This document shows, one piece after another, positions 48,519 to 60,157 of a DNA stretch of 64,000 nucleotides. The notes under the pieces were generated by a model, which was not told the DNA's origin, searched no databases, and saw only the letters and a list, made by a program, of their open reading frames with translations. Position 1 is the stretch's first letter; every line of letters begins with the position of its first letter. A program made the translations under genes and the position numbers. Source of the DNA: Felis catus (Eukaryota); NCBI RefSeq assembly GCF_018350175.1, contig NC_058368.1, forward strand, positions 230,890,001 through 230,954,000. The letters are read 5' to 3'.

Positions 48519-48850
48519 GGGGGTGCCCAGCCGGCTCAGTCAGAAGACCATGCGACTCTTGATCTCAGGCTTGCGAGTTCAAGCCCCACGTGGGGTGTAG
48601 AGATTACTTACATAAAACCTACAATTTTTTCATTAAAAAAATTTTTTTTAATGTTTATTTTTGAAGGAGAGAGAGACAGAGTGTGAGTGGGAGAGGGGCA
48701 GAGAGAGGGAGAGAGACACAGAATCCGAAGGAGGCTCCAGGCTCTGAGCTGTCAGCACAGAGCCCGACATGGGGCTTGAACCCACAAACCGCGAGATCAT
48801 GACCTGAGCTGAAGTCGGACGCTTAACCGACTGAGCCACCCAGGCACCCC
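48519..48850. mobile_element. Short + CanSINE (48519-48615) and full - CanSINE (48640-48850)
   Basis: SINE hallmarks in opposite orientations. Confidence 0.9.
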
Positions 48851-48868
48851 ATCCTAAAATTTTTTTAA

Positions 48869-49157
48869 ATATATATACGTGTATATATATACATATGTAT
48901 ATATATACACGTATATATATATATATATACGTGTATATATATATACACGTGTATATATACACGTGTATATATACGTGTATATATACACGTATATATATAC
49001 GTATATATACATACGTATATATATACACGTATATATATACGTATGTATATATACACGTATATATATACGTATGTATATATACACGTATATATATACACAT
49101 ATATATACGTATATATACACGTATATATACACGTATATATATACACATATATACACG

Positions 49158-49198
<41 letters not shown>
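48869..49198. repeat. 330-bp alternating purine-pyrimidine repeat, (TA)n with ACGT/ACAC interruptions
   Basis: Direct observation. It generates the spurious YI-rich ORFs. Confidence 0.97.
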
Positions 49199-49200
<2 letters not shown>

Positions 49201-49474
49201 CTAGAAGGATGCCTAAGTAATTCATCTGAGGGACTGCCCCGAGGGAGGGTCAGGGACTTTTCATCTGAGACCCTTTCACGGCATTTGGTTCATTTTTTCT
49301 GTGTTTCTACATTCCTTTTTTAGCCATTAAAAGAAAATCAAATTCGTTTTAGAGTTTTTAAAAAGCTTTTCAAGGACATGCTTTAAAAAAAAAAGCATGC
49401 TTTAAATAAAGAAACCAAAGAACAACATTTACATTGTATCAGCTAGGTAAAAGAATACACAGAAAAACAAAACC

Positions 49475-49650
49475 TGGGGCGCCAGGGGGACTCAGTCAAT
49501 TAAGCCTCGACTCCTGATTTCAGCTCAGGTCATGACCTTGGAGTTCCAGGGATCAAGACCCTTGAGATTCTCTCTCTCCCCCTGTCTCTCTGCCCCTCCC
49601 CCGCTCATGCTCCCTCCCTCTCTCAAAATAAATAAGCCTAAAATAAAAAC
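49475..49650 (+). mobile_element. CanSINE (internally deleted)
   Basis: ggggcgccaggggga ctcagtc...tcagctcaggtcatga...aaaataaataag. Confidence 0.85.
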
Positions 49651-49919
49651 CGTATTTTTGTTTTGACACATGTATGCAGATACATGGACACACGACTGAA
49701 GGGTGCCCACCTCCTAGTGGGTGGGCTGCAGCGGTGCTATTTTAACGTAAATGAAAATATTCTTGGATAAACCATTAATTTAAAAATCTTACCATTGAAA
49801 GTCAAAGTAAAGCGTGTTCAGGTAACAGTGTGTCAGAAAAAGAAAGTGCACATCTATCCCGATCAAAAGAAGTGACATTAAAAATACGTGACATATTTAA
49901 TTGTCTCATTTCCTACACA

Positions 49920-52900
49920 CGTCAAATATCACACCCCTGTTTATTTCACAAGCGCTTTTTAATCCTGTAGCCACAATTCCCCCATATTTTTACATTACTT
50001 TTGTCTAGCCTTTTTAAATATTAGATACAGAATTTGTTAGAAGGTGACAGGGAACAGACACATTCTTTATGCTGAATAATGTACCATATTTAACGTAAAG
50101 ATTATTAACGTTCTCGGTATCAAGAATTGGACGCTGCTGGGAGTCACATTTATTTGTAGGTCCCAAAATAGCCCTGAGGTCTAAATAGGAAAATATCTTT
50201 TATAAACCGTAACAAAACTCACCTTCAAAATAAAAAGCTATGAAATGCACCCAATGCTATCCCCGGTCAACATTTTCAAAACAGCCGTTTTCAGAAATGA
50301 CAATGGAAATAACTTTACATTCAGAAAACAGAGCTTATCCCAAGATGACAGAATTTGAAATCTGGTACCCCCGTGCAGAAGCCTGTTCGATTCTCAGACT
50401 GCCATAAAGTTGCCATTATTAAACACACATCCTCAGACACCCAAAACATGACAAGGCAGGACAATGATTTCAATGAAGAGAATCCCAAAGAAACCTTTTT
50501 CTGTTCAACTGACCAGGGGTGTATCATTCAAATTCCTGAGGACGCCCCCACAGGCTCGGAGAGCTGCTGGTAACATTTCCAGGTTTACAGCTTTTTTTTT
50601 TTTTCTTTTTTTTTGGTTTTCATCCAGTCGTCCATAATTGTGCAGTTCCAAACCAGCTTCGAGAACTTCTGCTCAAGAGCTGGTGTTAATAAAGTGCTTC
50701 AACGCAAGCTCCCAAAACATTATACGGCGTCAGGTCAACACAGGTCACTGCCCTACCAGCTTCGTTTTCGTTTCTCACCTACATCTCCTCTAAAAACAAT
50801 ATAAAGCTGTAATACTATGAAGAATCGACGCCTCTCAAAACCCAAGTTGTGTTAGCTTTGATTAGAGTACTTCATACTTGGGATTTGGGAAAATCCTAGT
50901 GCTTCCTCGGGGTACGATGCTGATTCTATGGGCTAACCTGGCACCAAATTCGAAGATCAGTCCCCACCCTGTGGCCACAGCTGAAAGTCTGCTGGAACTC
51001 CCCAAGCAGAGTCCTCTCTGGCTTTTGCTTCTCAAGGCAGAGGACACGCGTCAAAGGCAGAGAGATGTCCCCAATTCGGCGACTGGACCTTGTCCTACAT
51101 GAGGCGCCTGGCCCAACACTCCACTTCGAGAAGATCCGGGTTACGACATGCATCTGTGTTCCACGCCCCACTGGATGAAGTGTTTCCAGCAGGTCTTGGA
51201 CCATCCAGCCCTCCTGAACACACACATCGATGAAGGTCACGCCTGACGCTCCCAGGGAGCCACCGCAGCCGTCACCTTTGCGAACACAGGACCTGCTCTT
51301 CCTTTAGTTGTTCATTTGCGCGTGCACGTGCGTGTGGGCACACTCACACCTTATCACACACCGCGCACTCCGGCTCGGCCTGCAGCCGAGGGCCATCAGA
51401 GCGCTGCGGGGACCGTGCCTCTCTCAGAAGTCTTGTTTCAGGCTGGGACACAATGCAGAAATTGTGCGCACGGCACGGGCATTCGACCGAGTCGCTCGAA
51501 AAACAGTTAAATCAATTCGGGTAGTGGCTAGGTTTTGTGTTTCGTGTTTTTCTGTGTGTCTCGGGTTTTTTCCCCCCCAAAACCAGCCTCCAGAGGAATT
51601 TTTTTAGCCACTTGCTTTCAATGTTAATGAAGAAACAGGTGAATTCGAGGCCACAGAAATGGGCAGCTGACTCAAGAGTTACACAGACGAAAGAAACAAG
51701 TTCTAGATGCATCGAGGTGTCAAGCTGAGAAAAGGGCAATCAGCACTTCAGGGAGACCGGTTTTGTCCTAAGTTCTCTGTGGGTAACAGCACCCCCACGG
51801 TGAGGATTATTTGCCGGATTCCAGTTGCCATCATGAACGCGACCTCATCGTTCTGCGTGGGCCGGTTGTGACGGACCTCCTGCCTTCCCTTCCCTGAAGG
51901 ATAGTGGTCCTCTAGGCCGTTGGTCTGGCTCAAGGGGGCTGGTGCGAGGCTGCCGTGGCGGGAAACGGGGACCCGGCACGCGGAGTACCCACAGACAGTG
52001 CAGAACCCAGTCACCCACGTGGGCCGGAAAGGGCGCTGAGCAAATACCCGGGCAGCGTGTCAGAACTTCCCCAAATACTGTAAAGAAGAACAAATGCTTG
52101 CACTTGATCGCATGAAAGACGGCGACTTGGAGCTCACAGTAGGTCATGATGAGCCTCCACGCTGCGGGGCGGACAGGTGTTGTAGGAGACAGGAAAGGAG
52201 CAAGCAGGAACATCCAGGGGAGCCGGGGGGAGGAGGAACCCCTGCCTTCCATCAGAGCGCCTTCCCTAGAGCAAACTTAGGTAAATTAGGGAGAGACAGA
52301 CTCCTCTCTGACTGTAGTGTGGACGAGGGGGGAAAGGCAGTGCTCTTGCCAGAGGCTACAAGGGACGAATCGTGCCGCCTTCTGAGTCTTGGCTCATTAA
52401 GTTAACTCTCAGGGAGGCCTTTCTTCCTAACGTGGTACCCTGATTCTTCCCTGCGGAACATGGGCTTGGCATCCCTGTCAGGACGGGGTCCGGCCTCGCC
52501 TCGTGGGATTCTGTCTCGCACACCAACTCCTGGTCTCCACGCAGACGCCGGGCCCCCGGAGACCCGCTCACCACTGACAGCGTGGAAGGAAGTGGGCAGA
52601 GGCGTCTGGAACCGCCTCTCTGCGCATGCAGGCCCCGCGTCCCAGCAGACATCATGAACCTCTGTCCCCTGCAGAATGAGCCTGGTGTCTCGGGAGGACC
52701 CGACGCTGAGACGAGGAACCAGCTGTGATTTCCCACCTCCGTGTTCCTGACGTGCTGCCGGGAGCCTGTTGGGAGATGCTTCAGAGACAGTGACGAAGGT
52801 CCGTGATGCTATGGGCCGTGTGTCCCTAGTGTGGCCAAAGACGCGACAGCTTATGCCTCTTAACACTGAGGCCATTCCAGACGGACTTCCCTCGGCTTTC

Positions 52901-55774
52901 CAGATTTTCCCCCTGCCTCCCCAGTGGTGAGCGGCACACCGGGATGACCGTGGAACATGGGTCCACATGAGCCAGGACAAGAAACTGTCATTCCCACGGC
53001 ATGCACCCCGACAGCAGACACGGAGGAACCAGTTCTAGAGGTAAAAGTGGCGAACGGCCCGTCTCTGTTATCCCAGCCACCGCTGCTTACATACAGGCTG
53101 AATCTGTTTTAAATACAAGGGTTCACATCCACAAGGGGTAACTGAGAGGTGCCGAGGTGACCTCACATCTACCCCCAAAGCCGCTTCAGCTGCCAAAGTC
53201 CCGGGTCTCCACTAACCAGAAAATCTCAACAGAGGGAGCCTCTGGACAGCTCCCTGGAAAGCAGCAGCACTGATATCGTCTTAGAAATATTTCTTCTGTC
53301 TAGTGTGATCATAATTCACTCAAACGCTAAAAAGTATTAAAATATACTTCATCTTTTCCTCTAACTATATTTATATATAAATCCCTGAGAAGGTACCTGT
53401 CAACTTGAAATTCACTATTTACAGTTAATAAGCATCAGGGGTGCAAGCAGACACGGGGTCCTCCCTGCTCCGCACAGCAGGGTGGTGCTGTTATCATCTG
53501 TCAGGAGAGCACACGAGGTCTCTTGCCCTTAAAAGGGCATAGCGGACCGTGCCAAAATCCTAAACCAACTGCAAAGAAGCTGGGGAAATCTGTAGTTCAT
53601 TCACTGGGCAGGTGGAGGTCACTACGTGATAATTCAAGAGGGACACCGCACTGCGTCTCACGATCGCCTTGCTTTTCTGCCCTTTTAGACCTCAGAGTGG
53701 CGGTGCCACGGAGGATCAGGGCATTTAGCCAAAAGTGGAGAAGAAAACAGGCAAAGGAAGAGAGAAGGCAAAGGAGATGGCAGGGAACAAATGTGGGGAC
53801 ATGTGGAGAGCAGAAGGAGGTCACTGCCCATCAGTGCCCCTGCCCCCGACCTACAGCGGAAGCCAGGTGACAAAGAGTGACCCTCAGCTAGAAAATGCAG
53901 CCAGCCATTCAAAGCAATGAATACATGAACGTGAAAATTATCTCAAAGAATGCCGGACTGGACTGCCAGGGAGCTCAGGTGTGTTTCTCTTCACCTTGGG
54001 GACCAGTCCCCATCTCATCCGAGGGCACTTGGCCAATCCCGACTCACACACGAGGGTGGCCTGCAGCCCCCTAATATCAGTGATGCTGAAAGAAAGCATT
54101 AGCATCGCACCTTCTCCCATCAGTCTGGTGCTGCCCAACAGACTGTTGGTTGAGGTTTTTGGAGAGGTGAGTCTGAGACCCCAGATTGCTCAATGCCCGA
54201 TGGTGCCGAGCATCACAGGAGGATAGGCAGAGGCCAGCGCCATCCCGGCCCACATCATGAGACAGGTGCGCATCACGACACAGCCAGGGAGCAGCACGAT
54301 CTGACATGTGAATCCAGGGTCGGTCTCTACTATTTTAAATCTATGGCTTCCAAGTAGGGTAATTTTTAAATAAAGTGCCGTCGGTAGTGCATATATATGA
54401 CAGATACTCTGCAACCCAGATGGCCAGAGAGTCATTAGAATTTCTCAGTGCTTCAGAGATAAAAAGTATGGACGGAAACTCCCAGTGAGAGCTCAGAGCC
54501 CAGGGCAAATCGCATACATGCTCTGCCGAAGTCCCCATATCTTGGAAATTCTACAAAGTCAGCATGAGAATGGACTGAACATCACAGGGAGTCATCAAAG
54601 GAAAAATAAAAGTAATTCCACACCAGGGAGTCTTTGGAACGGAGTCTGGAGGAGGGAGCGGCCCAGCCCACGCCAGGACAATTTGCCTAAGATGAGTTTG
54701 TTTAATGTTTAGTCCTGATCCCTGTTCCGCTAGCCCCCTCCCCCTTTTCAGTGGTTTGTATCACTCTGGCGCCTTACTCTTTTGCATCTTTTTTACGTTT
54801 TAAGGATATCTGAATTCAATTTCTGTAAGAGTACATAGAACTTAACTTTGTATTTCTACTAAAAATTTATTACATTTGCCCCCATTTTATTAAGCAATAG
54901 GTTTTTCTCCTATCTATTTTTGAGTATGTTAAAGGCTTTGCATCCAGTTTATCTGAAGTCCCTTGCTTAAAATGTTTAGTTCTAGCAATAAATACATGCT
55001 TCTCTATGCACGGTTTCGTACTTCAACAGGTTTTTCTTCATTATTATTACTGTATAAATAAGAGTTTTAAAAATAAGATACAAGGAACTCTGATCCCCCT
55101 GTCTCACTTCATCATTTTGCTGTAAAAGTAAATGCCTCCATCAAATAGAAACAAATATTCAGCATCGCTTAATCAAATCAATAAGAACGTTCGAAGCTCA
55201 TGCACACCTACGATGAGAAGGAAAGGCAAAGACCAGAGCAAACATCAAGGATAGGGGAGGCTTCCGCAAATTCTGTATGAAATCATAGAGATATCACAAA
55301 TAATTATTGCTAGAAACCGTACTTTAAACAAAAGGTCTTCGGGCAAATGTATTCATGACGTCTTAAATACAAAGACCAGTAAAAGGCAAATTTGATCATG
55401 ATTAAAATACAAAATTATTCCGAAAAGGCCCTTTGATACATTGGTCTTAAAAATTTCTCAAGTGAGGTTCTAAAGGTAGGCTTTTTGGCAAATTGCCCGC
55501 TAGGTGTACTGACTGCTAAGGGAACTGGTTTTAGGCTAATCTTCTTGTGCCCTGCCCAACTCACTCTAGGGTGCTGCCTGAATAAATATGGAGCGCGTTC
55601 TGGGCCCCCCCTGGAGAGCCTGTCTGCAGGGGATGCGCGGCGGCGACGTGCGGGGCTGTGCAGCGCGGCGGAAGGGGCGAGGGCGGAGGACTGCGGGGGG
55701 AGGGGCGCATCCTTCCCGGCGCCGAGCCCCGCCGCCTCCTCCCCCGCCGCACACGCTTCCAGGCAGCCGACCCC
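49920..55774 (-). other. ANKRD33B: Probable long ANKRD33B 3'UTR (~5.8 kb)
   Basis: About 6 kb with no recognisable SINE, bordered by a dense SINE cluster. It contains AU-rich blocks and a minus-strand AATAAA at 49945-49940. The human gene has a multi-kb 3'UTR. Confidence 0.6.
49940..49945 (-). promoter_or_regulatory. ANKRD33B: Candidate distal poly(A) signal of ANKRD33B
   Basis: TTTATT on + (AATAAA on -), with GU-rich sequence downstream on the - strand. Alternatives: ATTAAA 49901-49896, and AATAAA at 50154-50149, 54871-54866 and 54891-54886. Confidence 0.45.
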
Positions 55775-56610
55775 TCACGTCCTTTTCCTCCAGGACGGCG
55801 CCCGCCTTTCCTTCTGCGCGGCCGCCGCCCGCTGCTTCTCCGCCTCTTCCGCCTTCCTCTTTTCCTCCTTGGCCTCCTTGTACCTCCACTTGGGGAGCTG
55901 CAGGTGGGCGCTGTCCTTGGTGCTGCCCTTGGCGGCCGCCCGCTCCGGGTGGAAGGTGGGCGCGGGCGCCTTGCTGATGCGCACCCTGGGGATGACCACG
56001 CCGGGCCGCACGCTGGTCCTCCTCAGCAGCTGCAGGGGCAGGAGGCTGGCCCTCCGCGGGGCGCCTGGCAGCTGCGGAGACGGGAGGCTGGCTCTCGGGG
56101 CCCCCTCTCTGGAGACCCCCGCGGCCTGGGGGGTCCGGGATTGCCGCTCGGCGCCCTCTACCTGATCGCTCTCCGGGGCGTGCGTGTCCGGGTTCCCCCG
56201 GGCCTCCAGGATTTCCTGCACCGCCAGCCGCCTTTTCCCCACACAGGGCGGGTTCTCGGGGCACACAGTCTGGCAGACGATGGCCACGGCGGGGCTGTAG
56301 AGGCTCGTGGTCATCCTGACCATATGGTCCAGGACGCCCCCATCCTCCAGGCCCTGGCGTGAGCGGGGCGTCAGCGCGGACCGCACAAACTCGGCGAGCC
56401 TCTGCAAGCAGTTTTTGGAGCCCGTGGGCTTCAGAACGGCCTCCGGGGGGAGCGGCAGCTCTGGCTTGTACTTTTCCCCAAACTGCTCGGGGCTGGGTCG
56501 CTCCAGCAGCCTCTGGATGAGGCGGACGGCCTCCAACCGTCCCGTGTAAGCAGCCCACTCCTGGGAGGACATCCCACGGCGGGGGTCCCGGGCATGGACA
56601 TCCGCTCCTG
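55560..56610. promoter_or_regulatory. Intragenic CpG island over the ANKRD33B terminal exon
   Basis: Very high GC and CpG density, with an abrupt switch to AT-rich flanks. Confidence 0.75.
55775..56607 (-). CDS. ANKRD33B: ANKRD33B terminal coding exon ((G)[23 protein letters not shown]...[12 protein letters not shown])
   Basis: Minus-strand acceptor TTTGGTTTTTTTCAG|GA (CAG at 56610-56608). 833 nt = 2 + 277 codons to TGA. The peptide closely matches remembered human ANKRD33B ([45 protein letters not shown]). Adjacent to DAP as in human. Confidence 0.93.
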
Positions 56611-56884
56611 AAAAAAACCAAACGCAAACAGTAATGGGAGAATGCCTCCAGAACTTTTCCCGTCCAATGGCAGAAAATGAAAGACAGTGAAATGGATCAA
56701 AGGCAAAATTTCCACAACCTACTAACAGACTCCCTGGAACTGTGCCACCCGGATGAGCCTGCATCTGACCATGAACTACTTACTGTGTGTACGACTGTAA
56801 CACAACCCAGCTTTAAGTGCTCCTAATTTAATCGCTTGCCTTTCCTAAATAAAACCACCTGAACTCAGCACCTAAGTCACGGAA

Positions 56885-57092
56885 TTTTTTAATTTTTTAA
56901 AAATGTTTATTTATTTTTGAGAGAGAAGGACAAAGTGCAAGTGGGGGAGGGGCAAAGAGAGAGGGAAACACAGAATCGGAAGCAGGCTCCAGGCTCTGAG
57001 CTGTCAGCACAGAGCCCAACGTGGGGCTTGAGCCCGTGAACCACGAGATCATGACCTGAGCTGAAGTCAGACGCTTAACCGACAGGTGCCCC
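56885..57092 (-). mobile_element. CanSINE
   Basis: Reverse SINEC_Fc with degenerate TSD cctaagtcacggaatttt/cctaaatcatgggatttt. Confidence 0.92.
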
Positions 57093-57519
57093 TAAATCAT
57101 GGGATTTTTAAAGAAATAAGATTTCATGGCTTTCCAGCAACGAAGAGATGACTAGACAGACGTGTGAACACTTCAATGATGTCACCAGAATGTTCTAGAA
57201 CACCAAAAGGAATAATCACTTGTGAGGGTCCCATTGTGCAGGAAACGTGTGGCCCTTCACTTCTTGTACTGAGTTGGTCGGTCCTGGGTCTACCATCTTT
57301 ACCAGACCGTGGGCTTCTCCAGGACAGAGCCCCCATCTTAGGTTGGCTTCCTCGACACATATCATCCTGGCTGGTGGGAGGCATGCATTTCATAAAGGTT
57401 TGCTACAAAATGGATGGAGGTCACAGCAGCCAAGGGACCTACCTGAGGCATCGAAGTTGCCAACAGAAGGTCTCATCTGTGTTTATTTCCTGCCTACCTG
57501 TCAGGGAGGGTCACTTCCT

Positions 57520-57910
57520 CTATGACACTTAGTGCTCTGTGTCAACGTGGCCAGACCATGGCACCCCAGGGATTTAAGCAAACACTAATCTAGGTGCCCT
57601 GTGAAACTGTTTTGTAGATGCCATTAGCATCCACAATCAGTTGTCTGAGTGAAGGAGATTACCCTCAATAATGTGGGTGGGCGTCATCCAATCGGTTGAA
57701 GGCCTCAAGAACAAAAGCCAAAGACTTCTGGGGAAAAAGGAATTCAGCCTCAAGACTGCAGCATTAACATCTGCCCAAGTTTCCAGCCTGATGACCTGGC
57801 AGATCTGGGGCTTGCTAACCCCCAAGGTCATGAGCTAATTCTTTAAAATAAATCTCTTAACATGTATCTCCCAGCGGTTCTGTGTTTCTGGAGAATCCTG
57901 ACTCCTATAT
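57520..57910 (+). mobile_element. ERVL LTR (MLT2-like)
   Basis: tgtgtcaacgtggccag...gattaccctcaataatgtgggtggg...tcatccaatcggttgaaggcct...ggttctgtgtttctggagaatcctgact. Confidence 0.88.
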
Positions 57911-58727
57911 CCTCAGTCTCCCTTAGACTAGTCACTTCCTTAATAAATCTCCCCCGTCCCACCCACCGCCCCCTCCTAATATTGCAAATTTAAACTTCAG
58001 CTCAACTTGATGAGATGTTCATAAATTTCAGCGCAGTCGTATAAGAGAAATTAAGAAGGTATTGCTGTTCAATTAATCTTGGTCCAATCTCAGCCCCATA
58101 CACAGTTAAAAATCATTCAGGATTTCAGGTCCCATTAGTCATACTTTGACTGGCAAAGCAGTGTGGAGAACTAGGGCAATTATCTAGTCTGTGAGCTCTC
58201 CAGGGACCAGGACCGGCAGAGGCTTCTGCATTTACGTCTCACGCGGACCCAGGTGTTTGACATGTGGTGGCGGCTCGGTACGTGCTGAACGGAGGCGAGG
58301 AGGGGCTCAGCAGCCTCCCCGGCCTGGCGCCCCTCCAGCGGCCCCCTGGCACAGGCAGGCCCGCTCACCTGGGCTTGCCTCATAATGTGCTTAATGCTGT
58401 GGCACATTAAAGAATAGACGTACTCGGAGAGTGATAATTATTTGGAACTGGAAATCGGGATGGAACTCATTAGCCAGAGTACAATTTATAAACTGACAAA
58501 AATGAAAAGGGGGCAGTAAAAATGTCATCGCAAAAAATAGATGACACATTAAGCCTTAATTAATTGCACGTCACTTAAAAAGGAACAAACTGCAAAATTA
58601 AAATCTTAATGAACGTGGCTTGAGAGAGACATTTTTCAAAAGCTAATCGAAAACTAAAGGAGCAGCTGTCCAAAGGGTAGTTCAGTGCTTCCTGCTGTTT
58701 TCGTGCCTTTCCCAAATGATCTCGGAA

Positions 58728-58922
58728 GGGGCGCCTGGGTGGCTCAGTCAGTTCAGTGTCTGACTCTCGATTTTGGCTCAGGTGGTGATCTCACGGTTCC
58801 TGGGTTCGAGCCCTGCACTGGGTTCTAGCGCTGACGTCACAGAGCCTACTTGGGATTCTCTCTTTCCCTCCCTCTCTGACCCCCTCCTATCTCTCTCTCA
58901 ATAAATAAACAGAAAAAAAACC
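58728..58922 (+). mobile_element. CanSINE with TSD aaatgatct(c/t)ggaa
   Basis: SINE hallmarks and flanking duplication. Confidence 0.92.
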
Positions 58923-59398
58923 CAACAACAACCCTTCAAAATGATCTTGGAAACCACACACTTTTAAAGAACAAAGGCCACTCTGATGGTGATGCAGCCT
59001 GAGGACTTGAGCCATGCTACACGTCTGGGATTCATGTCGTGAAGAAGGGCAACATTAATGGCCTAGACAGAGCGATGAAACCGTGGGAGGCCAGCACCGA
59101 TGGTCACCACTCTGTAAGTGAACGTTTCAGAGAACAGAGGATTCTGAAAGGCCGGTGTGTGCATCTTCTCCCCGGGAGAAGGGACCCTGGGCCTGGCATC
59201 CTCCCCGGCCTGGCACCCTCGCTTCCTACCCCTGCTGTCTCACCCGGTGCTCCAGCCATGCAGACGGAAGTTGGACTCCTACCCACGTGTCCGTTTGCTG
59301 CCATGTTGAGTGCTGTGAGTTGTCTACACAAAGTCCTCGATTTCACTCAAGGCAGCAACATACTTAGTTCTGGGCAATGCATCATGACTGGCGTAGAC

Positions 59399-59612
59399 CA
59401 GGGTTTTGCCATGTCAGTACTACTGACGTGTTGGGCCAGATCATTTTGTTGTGGGGGCCGTCCTGTGCATCGTTAAGACTTTTAACAACAACCCCGGTCT
59501 CCACCCAGTGGGGGCAAGTAGCATTCCACAGTTGTGACAACCAAAAATTTCCCCAGATATTAGCACGTGTTCCCTGGGGGGGACAACACCCACCCCCAGT
59601 TGAGGATACTGG
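59399..59612 (-). mobile_element. MER20-like hAT element
   Basis: actgacgtgttgggccagatcattttgttgtggggg...cctgtgcat...gttgtgacaaccaaaaat. Confidence 0.8.
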
Positions 59613-59796
59613 TCTAACCCAATAACTTCAGTCCTGTTCCCCTTTTCCTTAGCCTCTCTTACAAGGGTCAGTGAGCCCCAAAGAGAAGGCTCTTGCACCC
59701 TGATAAAAGTGATGACTGTGGGTAGTGCCGCTTTCTTTCTAAAACACAGATCTGAAGCCTAGAGTTCTGGTGCAATGTGAAGTAACCAGCCAACAT

Positions 59797-60157
59797 GTGG
59801 GGGGGAGGGGGGTGCTGGGGGGGGAAAAGAGGTGCTGTGGGGGGGAGGGGGTACTGGGTGAGGGAGGATAGGAAGTGCTTGGGGGAGGGGGGTGCTGATT
59901 GTGGGGGGGAGGTGTTGGGGGAGGGGGATGCTGGGTGGGGGGAGAGAAGTGCTGGGTGGGGGGAGGGGAGGTGCTGGGTGGGGGATAGGAGGTGCTGTGG
60001 GAAAGGGGGTGCTGGGGGAGCGGATGGGAGGTGCTGGGGAGGGGGTGCTAGATGGAGGAAGGGGTGCTGCTGTGTGGGAAGGGAGGGGGTACTTGGTGGG
60101 GAGGGTGGGAGGTGCCGGGAGAATGGGGGTGCTGGGTGAGTCAGGGGTGCTGGGTGA
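59797..60157 (+). repeat. G-rich minisatellite (~GGGGGTGCTGGGGG)
   Basis: Direct observation. Confidence 0.92.

Noticed and set aside
48648..49323. Several 90-166 aa Tyr/Ile-rich ORFs on both strands
   Set aside because: Translations of the (TA)n/ACGT repeat and adjacent SINE, not genes.
55485..56549. Long + strand ORFs antisense to ANKRD33B
   Set aside because: Shadow ORFs of a GC-rich coding exon.
56608..56764. N-terminal part of the 329-aa ORF (MQAHPGG...WFFS)
   Set aside because: Intronic read-through upstream of the real splice acceptor at 56608-56610.
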